A stretch of DNA of 64,000 nucleotides from Nitrospinales bacterium (GCA_965223795.1 CBDCXL010000002.1:1440001-1504000); one strand, 5' to 3'; shown: positions 37,545-48,728, counted from the first letter of the stretch. Numbers and translations: made by a program. The notes: a model not told the origin generated them from the letters alone.

Positions 37545-39230
37545 TCATTTCGAACTCCATCGAAAACGGTTTTTCACCGATCCCTTTTCCAGGGCGGAAG
37601 TCAGACACAGATTGTCGAGCGACACGCCGAACTCAGGATGATAGCGGCTGGCAACGATGCGTCCGGTTTTGCGATTGGAAACCCACATCAGGCGGACGCC
37701 CTCTCCGCGAAAGCCCCTTCGACTCCGGTTTCCAGAGTGTGGCGATTCGGTCTGGATGCCCGGGTGAAAATGAAATCGGGCCTCGGACCGGAAACGCGGC
37801 TCGCCGATCGTGTCTTCGACATCGAGACAACCGCCGGACAGTTTCCAGGTGCGCCGATGGAGGGCGCTGCTGGAAAGCCTCTGGTAGCCGTCGTGGCCGC
37901 AAGCGATGTGCAGCTCCCCGTTTTTCGCTTCGCGGACTTCAAGATCGAGGGGACGCGCCCGCCTCGCCACCCGGAAACCGCTCCACACTTCCGATGAATC
38001 CTTGCCTTCCACGACCACGGTGTTGTGCGCGGCGGTGGACCGCTCGTACAGCCTCTGCCGGCCGGTCCCGTAACAGGACGTCCCTGAGTTGACAAGGACT
38101 CGTTTCCCATAAAGGGACAACTCGAAACTGAGCGTGTCCGCATGCGCGTGTCCGGTCAGGTAATCGGGACCGATCTCGCCTACATCCAGCAAGGCGACGG
38201 CGCCGTTTTTCTGCAGGCGCACGTAACCGGACTCAGGCAAAACTGAGATTCCCTCTTTGGGGCCAGGAACTGGTCCGAGTCCCAGCCGGCGTGCGTACGC
38301 ATCGAGCTGCGCGGCGTCCGCGGCGATTCCAAAGGCGGCATCGTTGAAAAAAGGGATCGCGCCGTCGGGATGGCACAGCACCGTGAGCCAGCGCCGCATG
38401 GCTTGCGCCGTTTCGATCCACGCTCCGTGCGGCGACCGGCCGTTGAGGAACGCGGCCGTCTCACAGGTCCGGGACAGATTGATGAGGTCAAGCAGGTCTT
38501 CCAGAATGATGCTGTGGTACATGGGACTGCGTTCAAAATGCCCGCCATCGGCGAGGATCTGTTCGGGAATTTGACGCTTTAATATGTGAAGCCCGCGCCG
38601 CAGCCACCCGTCCGCCTCTTCGCCGGAGAAAAAGACACCGGCAAAGACCAGCGCTTTTGCGTTGGCGAACAGATGGTTTCCCAAAAGGTGCCATTCCAGT
38701 TTGCGGTTCAGGTGCCGGCATTGATCGGCCAGGCTGTGCAGCATCTGCGGGCTGGGCGGGTTGCCGGAAAGAATACATTTGATCCAGTTGACGATGCGCA
38801 ATGACAGGGGATAGGGCTCCCAGCCGTTGCCCAAGCCGGGCGGGTTTTCCCGGATCCAGCGCGCGATCCAGTCCTCGTGCCAGCGGATTCTTGAGATCGA
38901 ATCGTCCGCATTCAGATCGTCAAAATAATGCAGGTTGTAAGTCCACAGTTTTTCTATGTGAGGCTGATTCCAGTGAGCCGGTGTGACGATGGTGTGTTCC
39001 TCGTTTAAAAATCGAAACCGGTTCGCTGCCCGCATCGAAGGGGACTTCGCGACCGGCGGCTGCCAGGCGGCTGTGACCGGACGGCGGCCGGGTGCGGCGC
39101 CGCTTTCAACCGCAAAGCGGGGCAGGCGGTGCCAGATGCGGCCGTAAACCTGAATGGGTTTCAAATAGCGGATGGTGTGGATGTAGTGCAAAAGACTCAA
39201 GAGCTTTCCTCGTGTTTCATGCAATTTCAA
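37545..39230 (-). CDS. Heparinase II/III-like protein
   Basis: LWTYNLHYFD, WEPYPLSLRIVNW, LLGNHL, DGGHFERSPMYH, GHAHADTLSFEL, RSTAAHNT. Confidence 0.9.
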   Translation of the reverse strand: MKLHETRGKLLSLLHYIHTIRYLKPIQVYGRIWHRLPRFAVESGAAPGRRPVTAAWQPPVAKSPSMRAANRFRFLNEEHTIVTPAHWNQPHIEKLWTYNLHYFDDLNADDSISRIRWHEDWIARWIRENPPGLGNGWEPYPLSLRIVNWIKCILSGNPPSPQMLHSLADQCRHLNRKLEWHLLGNHLFANAKALVFAGVFFSGEEADGWLRRGLHILKRQIPEQILADGGHFERSPMYHSIILEDLLDLINLSRTCETAAFLNGRSPHGAWIETAQAMRRWLTVLCHPDGAIPFFNDAAFGIAADAAQLDAYARRLGLGPVPGPKEGISVLPESGYVRLQKNGAVALLDVGEIGPDYLTGHAHADTLSFELSLYGKRVLVNSGTSCYGTGRQRLYERSTAAHNTVVVEGKDSSEVWSGFRVARRARPLDLEVREAKNGELHIACGHDGYQRLSSSALHRRTWKLSGGCLDVEDTIGEPRFRSEARFHFHPGIQTESPHSGNRSRRGFRGEGVRLMWVSNRKTGRIVASRYHPEFGVSLDNLCLTSALEKGSVKNRFRWSSK

Positions 39231-39250
39231 ACCGGGGGACGTCCGGTTTT

Positions 39251-41401
39251 TTATTTTTCACACAATTTTTTGACATCCAGACTCAGCCGCGTGACTTCCA
39301 GCAATTCTTCAAAAGGGATGAGATCGTGTTTTCCGTTTTGCACGGCCTGCACGAATGCGGCGGCGCAGGCACCATTGCCTTTGTCCTGCCGCCAGGATTT
39401 CATTTTTTTAAATCCCGGCCAGCCGTAACCGCGCAGGCGGATGAAGTTGTCCAGCTGCAAAACGCGGCCGCCGCAGAACAGTTCCAGCCGCTCTTTGGGA
39501 TACGCGCGCGATCCATTGGCAAAATAATGAACGGTGCCGAAGGAACCGTCGGTGAAACCCATGGTCAGGGTCACGTTGTCGTCCTGAATCGTGTTGCTCG
39601 CGCTTTTTCCCATGCGGATCGCCTGTATCGAATCCACCGGACATCCGACGATGAAACGCAACAGGTCGATGAAATGGCAGCCTTCCTGAACGATGCGGCC
39701 GCCGCCGACGGCGGGATCGTGGCTCCAGTCCTCGGGAGGCAGGTAACCGGCGTTGACCGTCATCACCAGGCTTTTCGGCTCCCTGATCTCTTCGAGCAGG
39801 GATTTGATTTTTTTCACGTGCGGTGAAAAACGGCGGTTGAACCCGACCATCAAAAACGGGTCTTTGTGATCGGCCTGCTGACTGCGATACACCTCTTCAA
39901 TTTTTTTCAATTCGGAATGATGGATGGCCAGCGGTTTTTCGACAAACACGCGTTTTCCCCGCTTCAATCCTTCACACACAAAATGGCAATGGCTGTCGGA
40001 ACGGGTGGCGATGACGATGGCGCCGATGTCTTCATCTTCCAGGATGCGGGCGCTGTTTGTGGTGTGCCATTCGAATTCGTACTTGTTTGCGGCATGCGCG
40101 CTGCTGATGCCGCCGCTGGAGGAAATGGCGCGCAGGACCGCATTCTGATTCTTGAACGCCGGGATCAACACTTTCTGCGCATAATTGCCCGCGCCGATGA
40201 ATCCCAGTGCCGGTTTTTCGTTGCCGACGGTTTTTCGGCTTCCATTGACCCTGAGGGTCTGCCTGCGCAAACGGCTCTCGTTGTCTTCGTCCTTGTTGCG
40301 CTGATCGAGCAAGACTCCCAGGTAGGGATTGTCCGATGCAATGAGTTGATACGCCTCACCGGCCTGCTTCAGGGGAAACCGGTGCGAGATCAAAGCATCG
40401 CAGCGTATTTTTTCATCCGCCATCAAATCCAGAATGGCCTCGAAATTTCTTTTTTCCGTCCAGCGGACAAATCCGATCGGGTAGTCCACGCCGTCCTGCT
40501 CGTAACGCGCATCGTGTCTACCCGGACCGTAGGAACAGGAAACCTGGAAGGTGATTTCCTTTTCATAAAAATCAGAACGGGACAAATGCAGCCCGGTCTG
40601 TCCCACCAAAACGATCCGCCCGCGTTTGCGGCACATCTGCGCCGCCTGGTGGATGGGCTGATCGCTCTGGGTCGACGCCGCGATCAGAACGCCGTCCACG
40701 CCGCGGCCCCTTGAAAATGCGAGGGCGGGTTTTTGCGGGTCTTCCCAGTTGGAAAGATCGACGGTTTCCGCTCCGAACCGGCGGGCGAGCTTGAGCTTGG
40801 CCTTGTCGAAATCGAGACCCAGCACGCGGCATCCCTGCGCTTTCAACACCTGCACCGCTAGCAAACCGACCATGCCCAGCCCCATGACGACAAACGACTC
40901 GCCCAGTGTGGGCTGGGCGAGACGGGCGCCCTGCAGCGCAATGGCGCCCAGAACGGTGAAGGCGGCGGTTTCATCGGATACGTTTTCCGGGATTTTCGCG
41001 CACAGGTTTTGCGGAACCGAGACCACTTCGGCGTGGTGGCCGTTTGAAACCACACGGTCTCCCTTGCTGAATTCGGTGACGCCGGCGCCCGCTTCCAGCA
41101 CAACCCCCACATTGGAATAGCCCAGCGCCAACGGCTGATCCAGTTTGTGACGCACCGACTCAAGTGTCGGTACGAGTCCGTCGGTTTTGACTTTGTCCAG
41201 CACCATCTGCACCTTTTCGGGTTGCTGCCGGGCTTTTTGCAACCAGTTTCCCTTGCCGAATTCAAGCAGCATTCTTTCCGTGCCCGCTGAAATCAGACTC
41301 ATCTGCGTTGCGATCAACACATTGCCTGCCTTGAGAGCGGGACAGGGTACCTCGGCGATGAGGGTTTCCCCAGATTTTAGGTTTTGCAACACCTGCATCA
41401 T
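39251..41401 (-). CDS. Bi-domain oxidoreductase (Zn-ADH-like + Gfo/Idh/MocA)
   Basis: SLISAGTE, LGYSNVG, GLGMVG, SCSYGPGR, GFIGAGNY, VFVEKP, VGFNRRF, EGCHFID. Confidence 0.9.
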   Translation of the reverse strand: MMQVLQNLKSGETLIAEVPCPALKAGNVLIATQMSLISAGTERMLLEFGKGNWLQKARQQPEKVQMVLDKVKTDGLVPTLESVRHKLDQPLALGYSNVGVVLEAGAGVTEFSKGDRVVSNGHHAEVVSVPQNLCAKIPENVSDETAAFTVLGAIALQGARLAQPTLGESFVVMGLGMVGLLAVQVLKAQGCRVLGLDFDKAKLKLARRFGAETVDLSNWEDPQKPALAFSRGRGVDGVLIAASTQSDQPIHQAAQMCRKRGRIVLVGQTGLHLSRSDFYEKEITFQVSCSYGPGRHDARYEQDGVDYPIGFVRWTEKRNFEAILDLMADEKIRCDALISHRFPLKQAGEAYQLIASDNPYLGVLLDQRNKDEDNESRLRRQTLRVNGSRKTVGNEKPALGFIGAGNYAQKVLIPAFKNQNAVLRAISSSGGISSAHAANKYEFEWHTTNSARILEDEDIGAIVIATRSDSHCHFVCEGLKRGKRVFVEKPLAIHHSELKKIEEVYRSQQADHKDPFLMVGFNRRFSPHVKKIKSLLEEIREPKSLVMTVNAGYLPPEDWSHDPAVGGGRIVQEGCHFIDLLRFIVGCPVDSIQAIRMGKSASNTIQDDNVTLTMGFTDGSFGTVHYFANGSRAYPKERLELFCGGRVLQLDNFIRLRGYGWPGFKKMKSWRQDKGNGACAAAFVQAVQNGKHDLIPFEELLEVTRLSLDVKKLCEK

Positions 41402-41449
41402 GCTTCTACACTCCGTGGTTGATTCGTTGTAAAACGCACGCCGACTTCT

Positions 41450-42625
41450 TCATTGCAGGAACAATTCCTTGTGCTTTTCGATGGTCTTTCCATCATTCAG
41501 AAATTCATTTCCGAATCGGCGGGCCCTGTCCGACACACGCTGATGTTCTTTCAGGTCCATTTGACAGCAATCGTTCAATGCGCTTAAGAATTTTTCCGGC
41601 TCGTCATTGGGAATGTCCCAGCCGATGCCGCGTTTTTCCAGCTCGCGCCAGGGCGTCTGATCGCTGATCAAGACGGGACATCCCGCCAAAAGTGATTCGA
41701 GGATGACGTGACCGAAGTTTTCCCCCCAGGTCGGGAAGAATAGCAAATCGTGATCCTGAAGCATTGCATGAACCCGGTCGTTGGAGACAGGACCGCAATA
41801 CTGCACTTGAATGTTGTCCGGCAGGTTTTTGATGATCTCCCGGCATTCCTGCCAGTAGTTTTCATCTTCCATCGGGCCGTATATATTGAACGTCAGATCG
41901 TGCTCGAAGCGGGAAAGCAGTCTCAGCGCACCGTCCAGATTCTTCTTTCTTGCAATGCGTGAAAGAAACACCGCTTTCAATTTGCCGGGAATTTTCTTTC
42001 GCCGGTGCCTGGAATCGAAGCGGTTCGCAGGATCGGCACCGAGGTTGGACGCAACGACCACGCGGGCCTGTTTGCCAAACCAGCGTTGGATTTCATTCCC
42101 TTCCACCTTCGATGAAGCCTGCCAGGTGATTCCCCGATACAGGCCCAAAACCCGGGCCGCAACCAGGAACAGGACTTTCTTTAAAGTTTTGAATTTGAGC
42201 GCTCCAGGTGCGAGCTGACCGCGCGGAGCCAAAACGGTCGGTTTTTGCGGAATCAATTTCAACCTTCTGAGCAGCATGGGCTGAATATTGTAAAAAGGGG
42301 CGAACAAACCGTTCAGATAAATCCGGTCGTATTGGGTGTTCAGCATGAGCCGGCGCAAATGCAGGATATTCTTTTGACCCGGCGACAAATACAACACCTG
42401 GCTCTTATGGATCACATTCCATTGATTTTCCGCGATGCCCGAATACGGCTGCGCATCGCCTTCGTCCCGGTCCGCGGTGACAACCTTGAAGCGAAATGCG
42501 TCACCCATCTGGTTGACCAGGTTGGACACCGACCGCACCGGCCCTCCGGATTTGTATCCAGGAAGGTAGTACTCAATGAACGTGAGTACTTCCACAGACT
42601 TTTCTTGTTTGCAAACTCGATTCAT
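41450..42625 (-). CDS. Glycosyltransferase family 4
   Basis: YLPGYKSGGPVRS, LSRIARKKNL, ENFGHVILES...GCPVLISD. Confidence 0.88.
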   Translation of the reverse strand: MNRVCKQEKSVEVLTFIEYYLPGYKSGGPVRSVSNLVNQMGDAFRFKVVTADRDEGDAQPYSGIAENQWNVIHKSQVLYLSPGQKNILHLRRLMLNTQYDRIYLNGLFAPFYNIQPMLLRRLKLIPQKPTVLAPRGQLAPGALKFKTLKKVLFLVAARVLGLYRGITWQASSKVEGNEIQRWFGKQARVVVASNLGADPANRFDSRHRRKKIPGKLKAVFLSRIARKKNLDGALRLLSRFEHDLTFNIYGPMEDENYWQECREIIKNLPDNIQVQYCGPVSNDRVHAMLQDHDLLFFPTWGENFGHVILESLLAGCPVLISDQTPWRELEKRGIGWDIPNDEPEKFLSALNDCCQMDLKEHQRVSDRARRFGNEFLNDGKTIEKHKELFLQ

Positions 42626-43669
42626 CGATAATCTCGATCATTTTGGACAGCCTTCCCGCATGGCTATAATCGCTTTTCAGGCAACGCTCCCGCCCTTGAC
42701 TTGCGACGGCTCTTCGCCTTTTGTCATTTTTTAAATAAAATTTCACTTTTCTGAGCAGCTCTTGCGGATCATCCACATCGAAAAACTCGGCCTCTTCTCC
42801 TTCCTGGAAAAGCTGTGCGTGCTCGCCGGTTCGCTCGGCCAGCATGAAAGCGCCGCAGGCAGGGATTTCAAAGGTCCTTGCGGTGTGAAGGTCCCGATTC
42901 AGCTTTCTCAGGAAACAGAGGTTGATTTTTGTCGTGCAAATGGCCTTGATGAATTCATCTTTATAGATGGCACGATTTTCCACCTTGAGATTGGGGTGAA
43001 GTCCGACGGCCTTTTGCCAGCGATCTCCCCAAACACGCACCGAAACTCCGCTTTCAGCCAGAAACAGAACTTTTTCGAAGCGGTCCTTCTCGAACGTTCC
43101 AATGAATCCCACATCGGCGCCATATCGGGCCCGGTCGCCATCGTCGACGGGCTGCGGCCGGTGCACCTTGGGATCGAAAGAATTTGCCACGAAAACCACT
43201 TTCCTGGCGCCCAGTGCGGGCAATTCGTTTTCATGGCAGTTATAACTTTTGGTCGTGAAAACGTAATCGTAGAAAGGCAGGCATTGCCGGTAAAACAGGG
43301 ACTGGTTGTGGCGGGCGAACATGTCGTCCTCGGAATATTGAATCAGTTTGATTTCCGGATGCTCTGATTTGATCGCCTGAAAGGTTTCTTTTTTCAGGGT
43401 GAGTCCCTTTTCCACCCACACCCAATCCGCTTTTTGTTTCCTCAAGGCGTCGGCCAACCTGCTGTTGATACGGGTTTCATCGAGAGGCCTTCCCAGACTG
43501 CCCATCATTCTGAAAAACTTTCTCAATCTGGGCCGCTTGCCGTTCGCCCCTTCCTGACCGGGACCCAGGAAAGACCCGTGACCTGCATTCCCATCTGGGA
43601 AAAGGTTTCGAAACGCTGAAAGCTGCGGCAGCGGTCGTTGAGATCTCCGACAAACAGGATGCGCTTCAT
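42573..43669 (-). pseudogene. Glycosyltransferase (GT-B, CgeB-like) split by a 1-nt frameshift near the N-terminus
   Basis: ATG 43669 overlaps the upstream stop (ATGA) and encodes MKRILFVGDLND... to TGA at 43523. The main body (VGFIGTFE, RTFEIPACGAFMLAE) is in another frame (42573-43526). Confidence 0.75.
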
Positions 43670-44853
43670 CGTGACAGTTTCCGTATGGCCTGCTTGAGAC
43701 CGCGAAGGTTTTCGGAAAAATTCCAGGCGTTGATGATCTTCAGGCTCTCTTGCCCCATTTTTTTTGATTTTTCCGGATCGAATACGATCTCCTCGAGAGC
43801 CGATTCAAGAGCGTCGATGTCGCGGTTGGGCACCACGAATCCGTTTTCTTCCGGCCGCACCAGGTCCGGCGCGCAGCCGACCCCATCGCCCACGATCACC
43901 GATTTTCCTGCATTCATCGCTTCGTTCACAACCAGCCCCCAGGACTCATACGATGAGGTCAGCACAAACACATCACAGAGATCGAAAAACAACGGCAGTT
44001 TCGCCTGCGGCTGAAACCCGAGGAAGCGGATGGAGTTCCATCCGGTTCGTTGCGCTTTTGCTTCCAGCCGGGCGCGCTCTTCGCCATTGCCGACGAACAG
44101 CAAATAGGGGTACGGTTCCTGTTTTTTTCCGTTTGCCAACCGGATGTACGCTTCCAGCAGATCCATGGCGTTTTTCTGCGCCGTCATCTTGCTGGCGTAC
44201 AGGATCACCGGCCGGCCCTCTTCCAGGTCCAGGGACTTTCGAAACGCCTGACGGTCGGCCCGGTTTTTCTCGATGATGGATTGAAAATAGGCATTGTCCA
44301 CCGCATAGGGCATGTGAAAAATTTCTTCTTCCCGTGCGCCGTAATGGAGGTAGTAATTTCTGTTCAGGCTTCCGGCGCTCAAAAACCCGTCGCATCGCCG
44401 GAACAGTTTCGGCAGCAGGTGATTTTTCGCCCACAGTTTCAACTTCCCACGCGGGTGACTGAACAGATTCGAATCGCCGCGCATCAGCACTTTGATTCCC
44501 AGCTTTTTTGCCAGGTGGATCGCCTGAATGCACACTTTATGCGCATAGCCATGGACCCATAAAAAATCAAATTCACCTTTTTTAAGCCTGGATTCCAGCC
44601 CGACGCTCCACGGCCGCACAAACGAGACCCGCTGCCGCCCGCCCAGACTGGGAAGGAACTCATGGTCGTACCCCTCCAGAAGGGGCACGTCCCATTCGAT
44701 TTTCTGGCCGAATCCTGGATCCATGTATCCTGTGATGGATTTATCGCTCAGGAAAAAAGCCTTCAATTGAATCTCTTCATCCTGATTGAGATACTTCAAT
44801 AAGGGAGCCTGATATTGAATGGGATGGCTCACCAGATAGGCGATCTTGGTCAT
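43666..44853 (-). CDS. Glycosyltransferase family 4
   Basis: SHPIQYQAPL, DVFVLTSSYESWGLVVNEAM, ENGFV. Confidence 0.9.
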   Translation of the reverse strand: MTKIAYLVSHPIQYQAPLLKYLNQDEEIQLKAFFLSDKSITGYMDPGFGQKIEWDVPLLEGYDHEFLPSLGGRQRVSFVRPWSVGLESRLKKGEFDFLWVHGYAHKVCIQAIHLAKKLGIKVLMRGDSNLFSHPRGKLKLWAKNHLLPKLFRRCDGFLSAGSLNRNYYLHYGAREEEIFHMPYAVDNAYFQSIIEKNRADRQAFRKSLDLEEGRPVILYASKMTAQKNAMDLLEAYIRLANGKKQEPYPYLLFVGNGEERARLEAKAQRTGWNSIRFLGFQPQAKLPLFFDLCDVFVLTSSYESWGLVVNEAMNAGKSVIVGDGVGCAPDLVRPEENGFVVPNRDIDALESALEEIVFDPEKSKKMGQESLKIINAWNFSENLRGLKQAIRKLSR

Positions 44854-44867
44854 GATTTTTTCTAAAT

Positions 44868-46046
44868 TTAATTGAAAAAGTGTTGCATGCGCTCAAGGAT
44901 CAACGGATCGATGACGTTGCGGCTGAACCGGTTTTCCACCGTCGATCGCGCATTGTGCGCCAGCTTTTTTCTTTTCTCCTGGTTTTGCACGAGTCCGGTG
45001 ATTTTTTCAGCCATCGCCTCGGGATTCGAGTCCACCACGAATCCATTTTCACCGTTCTCCACATAGCTCAACGGCCCGCCGCAGCGGGTCGTCACCACGG
45101 GTGTTCCACACGCCATGGCTTCCAGCCCCGAAATGCACAAGCCCTCCTGATGCGACGGAATCACGAATATGGAAAAGGACTGGTAGGCCTGAATGATTTC
45201 CTCAAGGCTCAGTTGGGAGTGGCAGCGCACCGCGTCGCGCATGCGGTTTTTCTCGATGTATTCCTTAATGTCCCGGCTTGGCGGCCGCCCGATCAGGTTC
45301 AACTGAATGTCCAGGTTGTTCCTGCGGCAGATCTGTACCGCGTCTATCAGCAGCGTGATGTTTTTCCTGGGATCGCTGTATCTTCCAATGAAGCCGATTT
45401 GATTTTTTCGAACATTATCCGGGCTGGGTTTGAACAACTCTGTGTCGACAGGGATCCCCAGGGGATTTTGCAGGTTTTCCCTGGAGGTCATCGGCATCAA
45501 TTTATCGTGAACATAGCGCGTGGTGGGAATGATGTTTCCCGATTGCAGGATCTTCTTTTCCAGATAGCGACACACGCGGGAGTTGAACACGCCGTCCACC
45601 CACCTTCGCACAATCGGGAAATTGGCTCTCACCCTGTCCAGCCGGTCTTCCGAATAGGGCGTGCCGATCCAGGCCAGAAACGATTTTTTTTCGAGACAGA
45701 ACGGCAGCGCGGCCAAAGCGCTGCCCGAGACCGCGAGGCAATGATCGTGAGTTTCGATCAGTTGTTTCCAATTGCGCGTGGGCCAATAGTGGGTGAATTC
45801 CAGTTCCGGCAGCCAGCATCCCATTTCATAGACATAGAATCCATCCTGTTCGTACTCGTTGAGACCGATGGTCTGCCTGCCGAGCTTCCAGGCAGGGACG
45901 GACATCTGCGGAGACTGGCTGTACGGTTTGTAGTAGGCCACGGACACGTCGAACCCGTTTTTCCTGAGCAATGCAATCACGTAGCGCGCATGGCTGGCTA
46001 CGCCGCCGCCGGACAATGGAAGTGTGGACAGAAGTACTTTTTTCAT
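44868..46046 (-). CDS. Glycosyltransferase family 4
   Basis: GGVA, IGRYSDPRKN, IPSHQEGLCISGLEAMACGTPVV. Confidence 0.9.
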   Translation of the reverse strand: MKKVLLSTLPLSGGGVASHARYVIALLRKNGFDVSVAYYKPYSQSPQMSVPAWKLGRQTIGLNEYEQDGFYVYEMGCWLPELEFTHYWPTRNWKQLIETHDHCLAVSGSALAALPFCLEKKSFLAWIGTPYSEDRLDRVRANFPIVRRWVDGVFNSRVCRYLEKKILQSGNIIPTTRYVHDKLMPMTSRENLQNPLGIPVDTELFKPSPDNVRKNQIGFIGRYSDPRKNITLLIDAVQICRRNNLDIQLNLIGRPPSRDIKEYIEKNRMRDAVRCHSQLSLEEIIQAYQSFSIFVIPSHQEGLCISGLEAMACGTPVVTTRCGGPLSYVENGENGFVVDSNPEAMAEKITGLVQNQEKRKKLAHNARSTVENRFSRNVIDPLILERMQHFFN

Positions 46047-46050
46047 CGGC

Positions 46051-47508
46051 TCAGGCCTCGCTCGATTTCACTTGGGAAACAGCGATGCACACACGGATCA
46101 AGATATATAAAAATACCGCGACCTGTATGGTGTTGCCGAACAACAGGGAAAAATTGGACTCCTGGTTGATCAGCCGGAACAGAACGGTGGTCCCCAGGAT
46201 GAATTCCAGAAAAGACATTTCATTGCGGTTGAACTTCATTTCCAAAAATGCGAACAGGAATCCGAGCAGACCCATCCCCACCAGCACCCCCCAGGTGCCG
46301 AAATTGGCATACATCTCAATCAGCCAGGGAAGGTTGACCGATGTGGTCGTGTCTGTGGGCTGAATGAAACCGTAGCGGTGGCCGAAGTGCCCGCCGATCA
46401 CTTCCAGGGGTTTGTCCGGCCAGATGGCCCGGGGGATCACTTTTGAGAGCAGCGGTTTGTAGGTTTCCCCTTCCCAGTAAGGAACCGTTTCGGGTGTGCG
46501 GTCGACGATCGCTGAAAACAAAACAGCATAAGCGATCCGGCTCATGGGAGAACGCTTGAACGCCTTATCCCGGTTTTGCGGTTCTGTGTACAAGACGTAA
46601 TTCAGATCCCAGAATAATTTGGCTTTTTCCACCAGATTCAATTGAGACATACCACCCGACTGCCACGTGAGATTTCTGTATTCTCCTTTCGCGGGGATGA
46701 AGAACAGATAGGAAAAGACGATGAAAAAAGCGAATGTGATCGAAATCTTTCGCTTTTCATACCAATGCATGAGAGACAGAAACAACACGAGCAGCATGAC
46801 CTGCGACAACAATCCCGATGTCAGCCGGTATAAAATGTCGAAGGGAATGACGCCACACAAAAAGATGGCCTTATGAAATCCGTTCAAATAGCCTCGGCAA
46901 AACAAAACGAAAAAGATGCCATAGCCGAAATACACGACCGGCTCGAGGAGCTGGTTCAGCGACGGGATGTCCTTGAGGCCGGGAAAAAGAAAAATGGCGA
47001 TTCTTGTGGACAGCAGCAACCAGGACAGCCAGATGAAGAAATTCAAGGGCACGGCTCGCGGCAGCCTCACAGGCGTGACCGCCCGCCAAAGGGAACGCTT
47101 GGATGCGTAAAAGGAAGCGTAAAGACAGATCAACCCGGCGATCACCAATACCAGCGCTTTGTGGTTGAGCCCGGAAATACGCCAGACCACAACGCCTTCA
47201 AAAAAATTGGACACGCCATACGAAACCGCGTAAAAGATGCCCACCAGCGGCATGAACGGCATGGGTGGCGCGTCGGCATCGAGCAGGTACTGAAAGCTCG
47301 GCACCAGCCCCAGCCAGATAATCGCCAGTGACAAGAGGATCTCTTCTCCACTCAAGGGATTCGGAAGAATCCACACCAGATAAATGCTGAGCCCGATTGC
47401 GCTGAACAGCAAAAACCAGGCGAGGCCGGTATTTTTCTGCCCTTGACCGTCCTCTGCTTCCAGGTCATACGGAGTGTGGGCGGATTCGATTTTTCCCTGA
47501 AGGATCAT
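46051..47508 (-). CDS. Multi-TM protein, probable Wzy O-unit polymerase
   Basis: About 11 hydrophobic segments, large loop with IPRAIWPDKP, EMYANFG; position within a Wzx/Wzc cluster. Confidence 0.65.
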   Translation of the reverse strand: MILQGKIESAHTPYDLEAEDGQGQKNTGLAWFLLFSAIGLSIYLVWILPNPLSGEEILLSLAIIWLGLVPSFQYLLDADAPPMPFMPLVGIFYAVSYGVSNFFEGVVVWRISGLNHKALVLVIAGLICLYASFYASKRSLWRAVTPVRLPRAVPLNFFIWLSWLLLSTRIAIFLFPGLKDIPSLNQLLEPVVYFGYGIFFVLFCRGYLNGFHKAIFLCGVIPFDILYRLTSGLLSQVMLLVLFLSLMHWYEKRKISITFAFFIVFSYLFFIPAKGEYRNLTWQSGGMSQLNLVEKAKLFWDLNYVLYTEPQNRDKAFKRSPMSRIAYAVLFSAIVDRTPETVPYWEGETYKPLLSKVIPRAIWPDKPLEVIGGHFGHRYGFIQPTDTTTSVNLPWLIEMYANFGTWGVLVGMGLLGFLFAFLEMKFNRNEMSFLEFILGTTVLFRLINQESNFSLLFGNTIQVAVFLYILIRVCIAVSQVKSSEA

Positions 47509-47567
47509 ATTAAAATATAAGTTTTAGAACGGTCGTTCATTCAACGGCAAGCGCTCAAGAAGCGCGT

Positions 47568-48728
47568 TCATTCGAATCTGCGTTGCAGGATATTCTTATA
47601 CGCACCGACCAGTTTCATCCCGTACACATCCCAGGAATGCTCATTGTTGGTGCGTGTGAGCGCGGCCTGCGCCATATCCCGGTTTTTTTCCGGGTTTTCG
47701 TATAAAAAAAGGATTTTCTCTTTCAACGCCTGCACATCCTTAGCGGGGATGACATACCCTTCCACGCCATCCCGCAGCAGATCCTCCCCGCCTGTATTGT
47801 GCGTGCAGATCACGGGCAGGCCGCAGGCCATCGCCTGCGCAATGACCATGGCCAACCCTTCCTGAATCGACGCCAGACAAAAAACGGAACCCTGGGAATA
47901 CAGCTCTTTCAACCGGTTCTGCGGATAGGTTCCCTTCACATGGATGCGGGGGTCGCCGTATTTTTTCAAATAAGGTGTCATCTCTTCCTGAACCGGACCG
48001 ATCAACCACAGCTCCGCGTTTTTCAGACTCAATTCGTGAAACGCCTGAATCAGATAATGCACCCCCTTCTGCAGACTGAGGGAACCGCAGTGAATGACAC
48101 GAAATGTGTTGTCGTTTTTTTCCAATGGAAAGAAATCGATGAGATTCACGCCATAAGGCGTGTGGATCAATTTGTTTTCCGGAACACCGTGGTCGACAAA
48201 GGTTTTCTTGACAAACCGGCTGGGAATCGAAATGCAGTCCGCTTCCTCGTATTCCCTCATTTCCTTTTCGATCACTTTGGGATGCGGCAGCCTCGGCGAC
48301 AAGCCGCAGTGCTGGTATTCTTCTTTCAGGATTTTGTCCTGAAACAGAATGTGCGTGGAGCCCCGCTCCAGAACAGTCAGGACTTTACGCTCCCGGGCCT
48401 TTCTCATCGAATGCAGCGACTGGCTCGACCAGCCCACGAAAATATCCTCCTCCCCCGTGATGTATTTTGCCGCCAGCCGGTCGAACCGCTCGCTGAACCA
48501 GTATTGCAGGTTGAAGCTCAAGCCAAGCGCTTTTGACACCCGCCGCCACCCTCTCCGCAGCACTTCGTTGCTCATGATGGAAGTGATCTTGTCATTCGGA
48601 ATCGCCCACTCCCGCGCCTTGAACTTGGGATAGGTCGTGATCAGCCGGTTGAGATGACCGTGCCTCTGCAACTGAGACGCGAGGTCGAACGCGTGGAACC
48701 TGCCTCCTACAGACACCGACACTTTCAT
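47568..48728 (-). CDS. Glycosyltransferase family 4
   Basis: GRFHAFDLA, QKGVHYL, SIQEGLAMVIAQAMACGLPVI. ATGA overlap with the upstream gene. Confidence 0.9.
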   Translation of the reverse strand: MKVSVSVGGRFHAFDLASQLQRHGHLNRLITTYPKFKAREWAIPNDKITSIMSNEVLRRGWRRVSKALGLSFNLQYWFSERFDRLAAKYITGEEDIFVGWSSQSLHSMRKARERKVLTVLERGSTHILFQDKILKEEYQHCGLSPRLPHPKVIEKEMREYEEADCISIPSRFVKKTFVDHGVPENKLIHTPYGVNLIDFFPLEKNDNTFRVIHCGSLSLQKGVHYLIQAFHELSLKNAELWLIGPVQEEMTPYLKKYGDPRIHVKGTYPQNRLKELYSQGSVFCLASIQEGLAMVIAQAMACGLPVICTHNTGGEDLLRDGVEGYVIPAKDVQALKEKILFLYENPEKNRDMAQAALTRTNNEHSWDVYGMKLVGAYKNILQRRFE

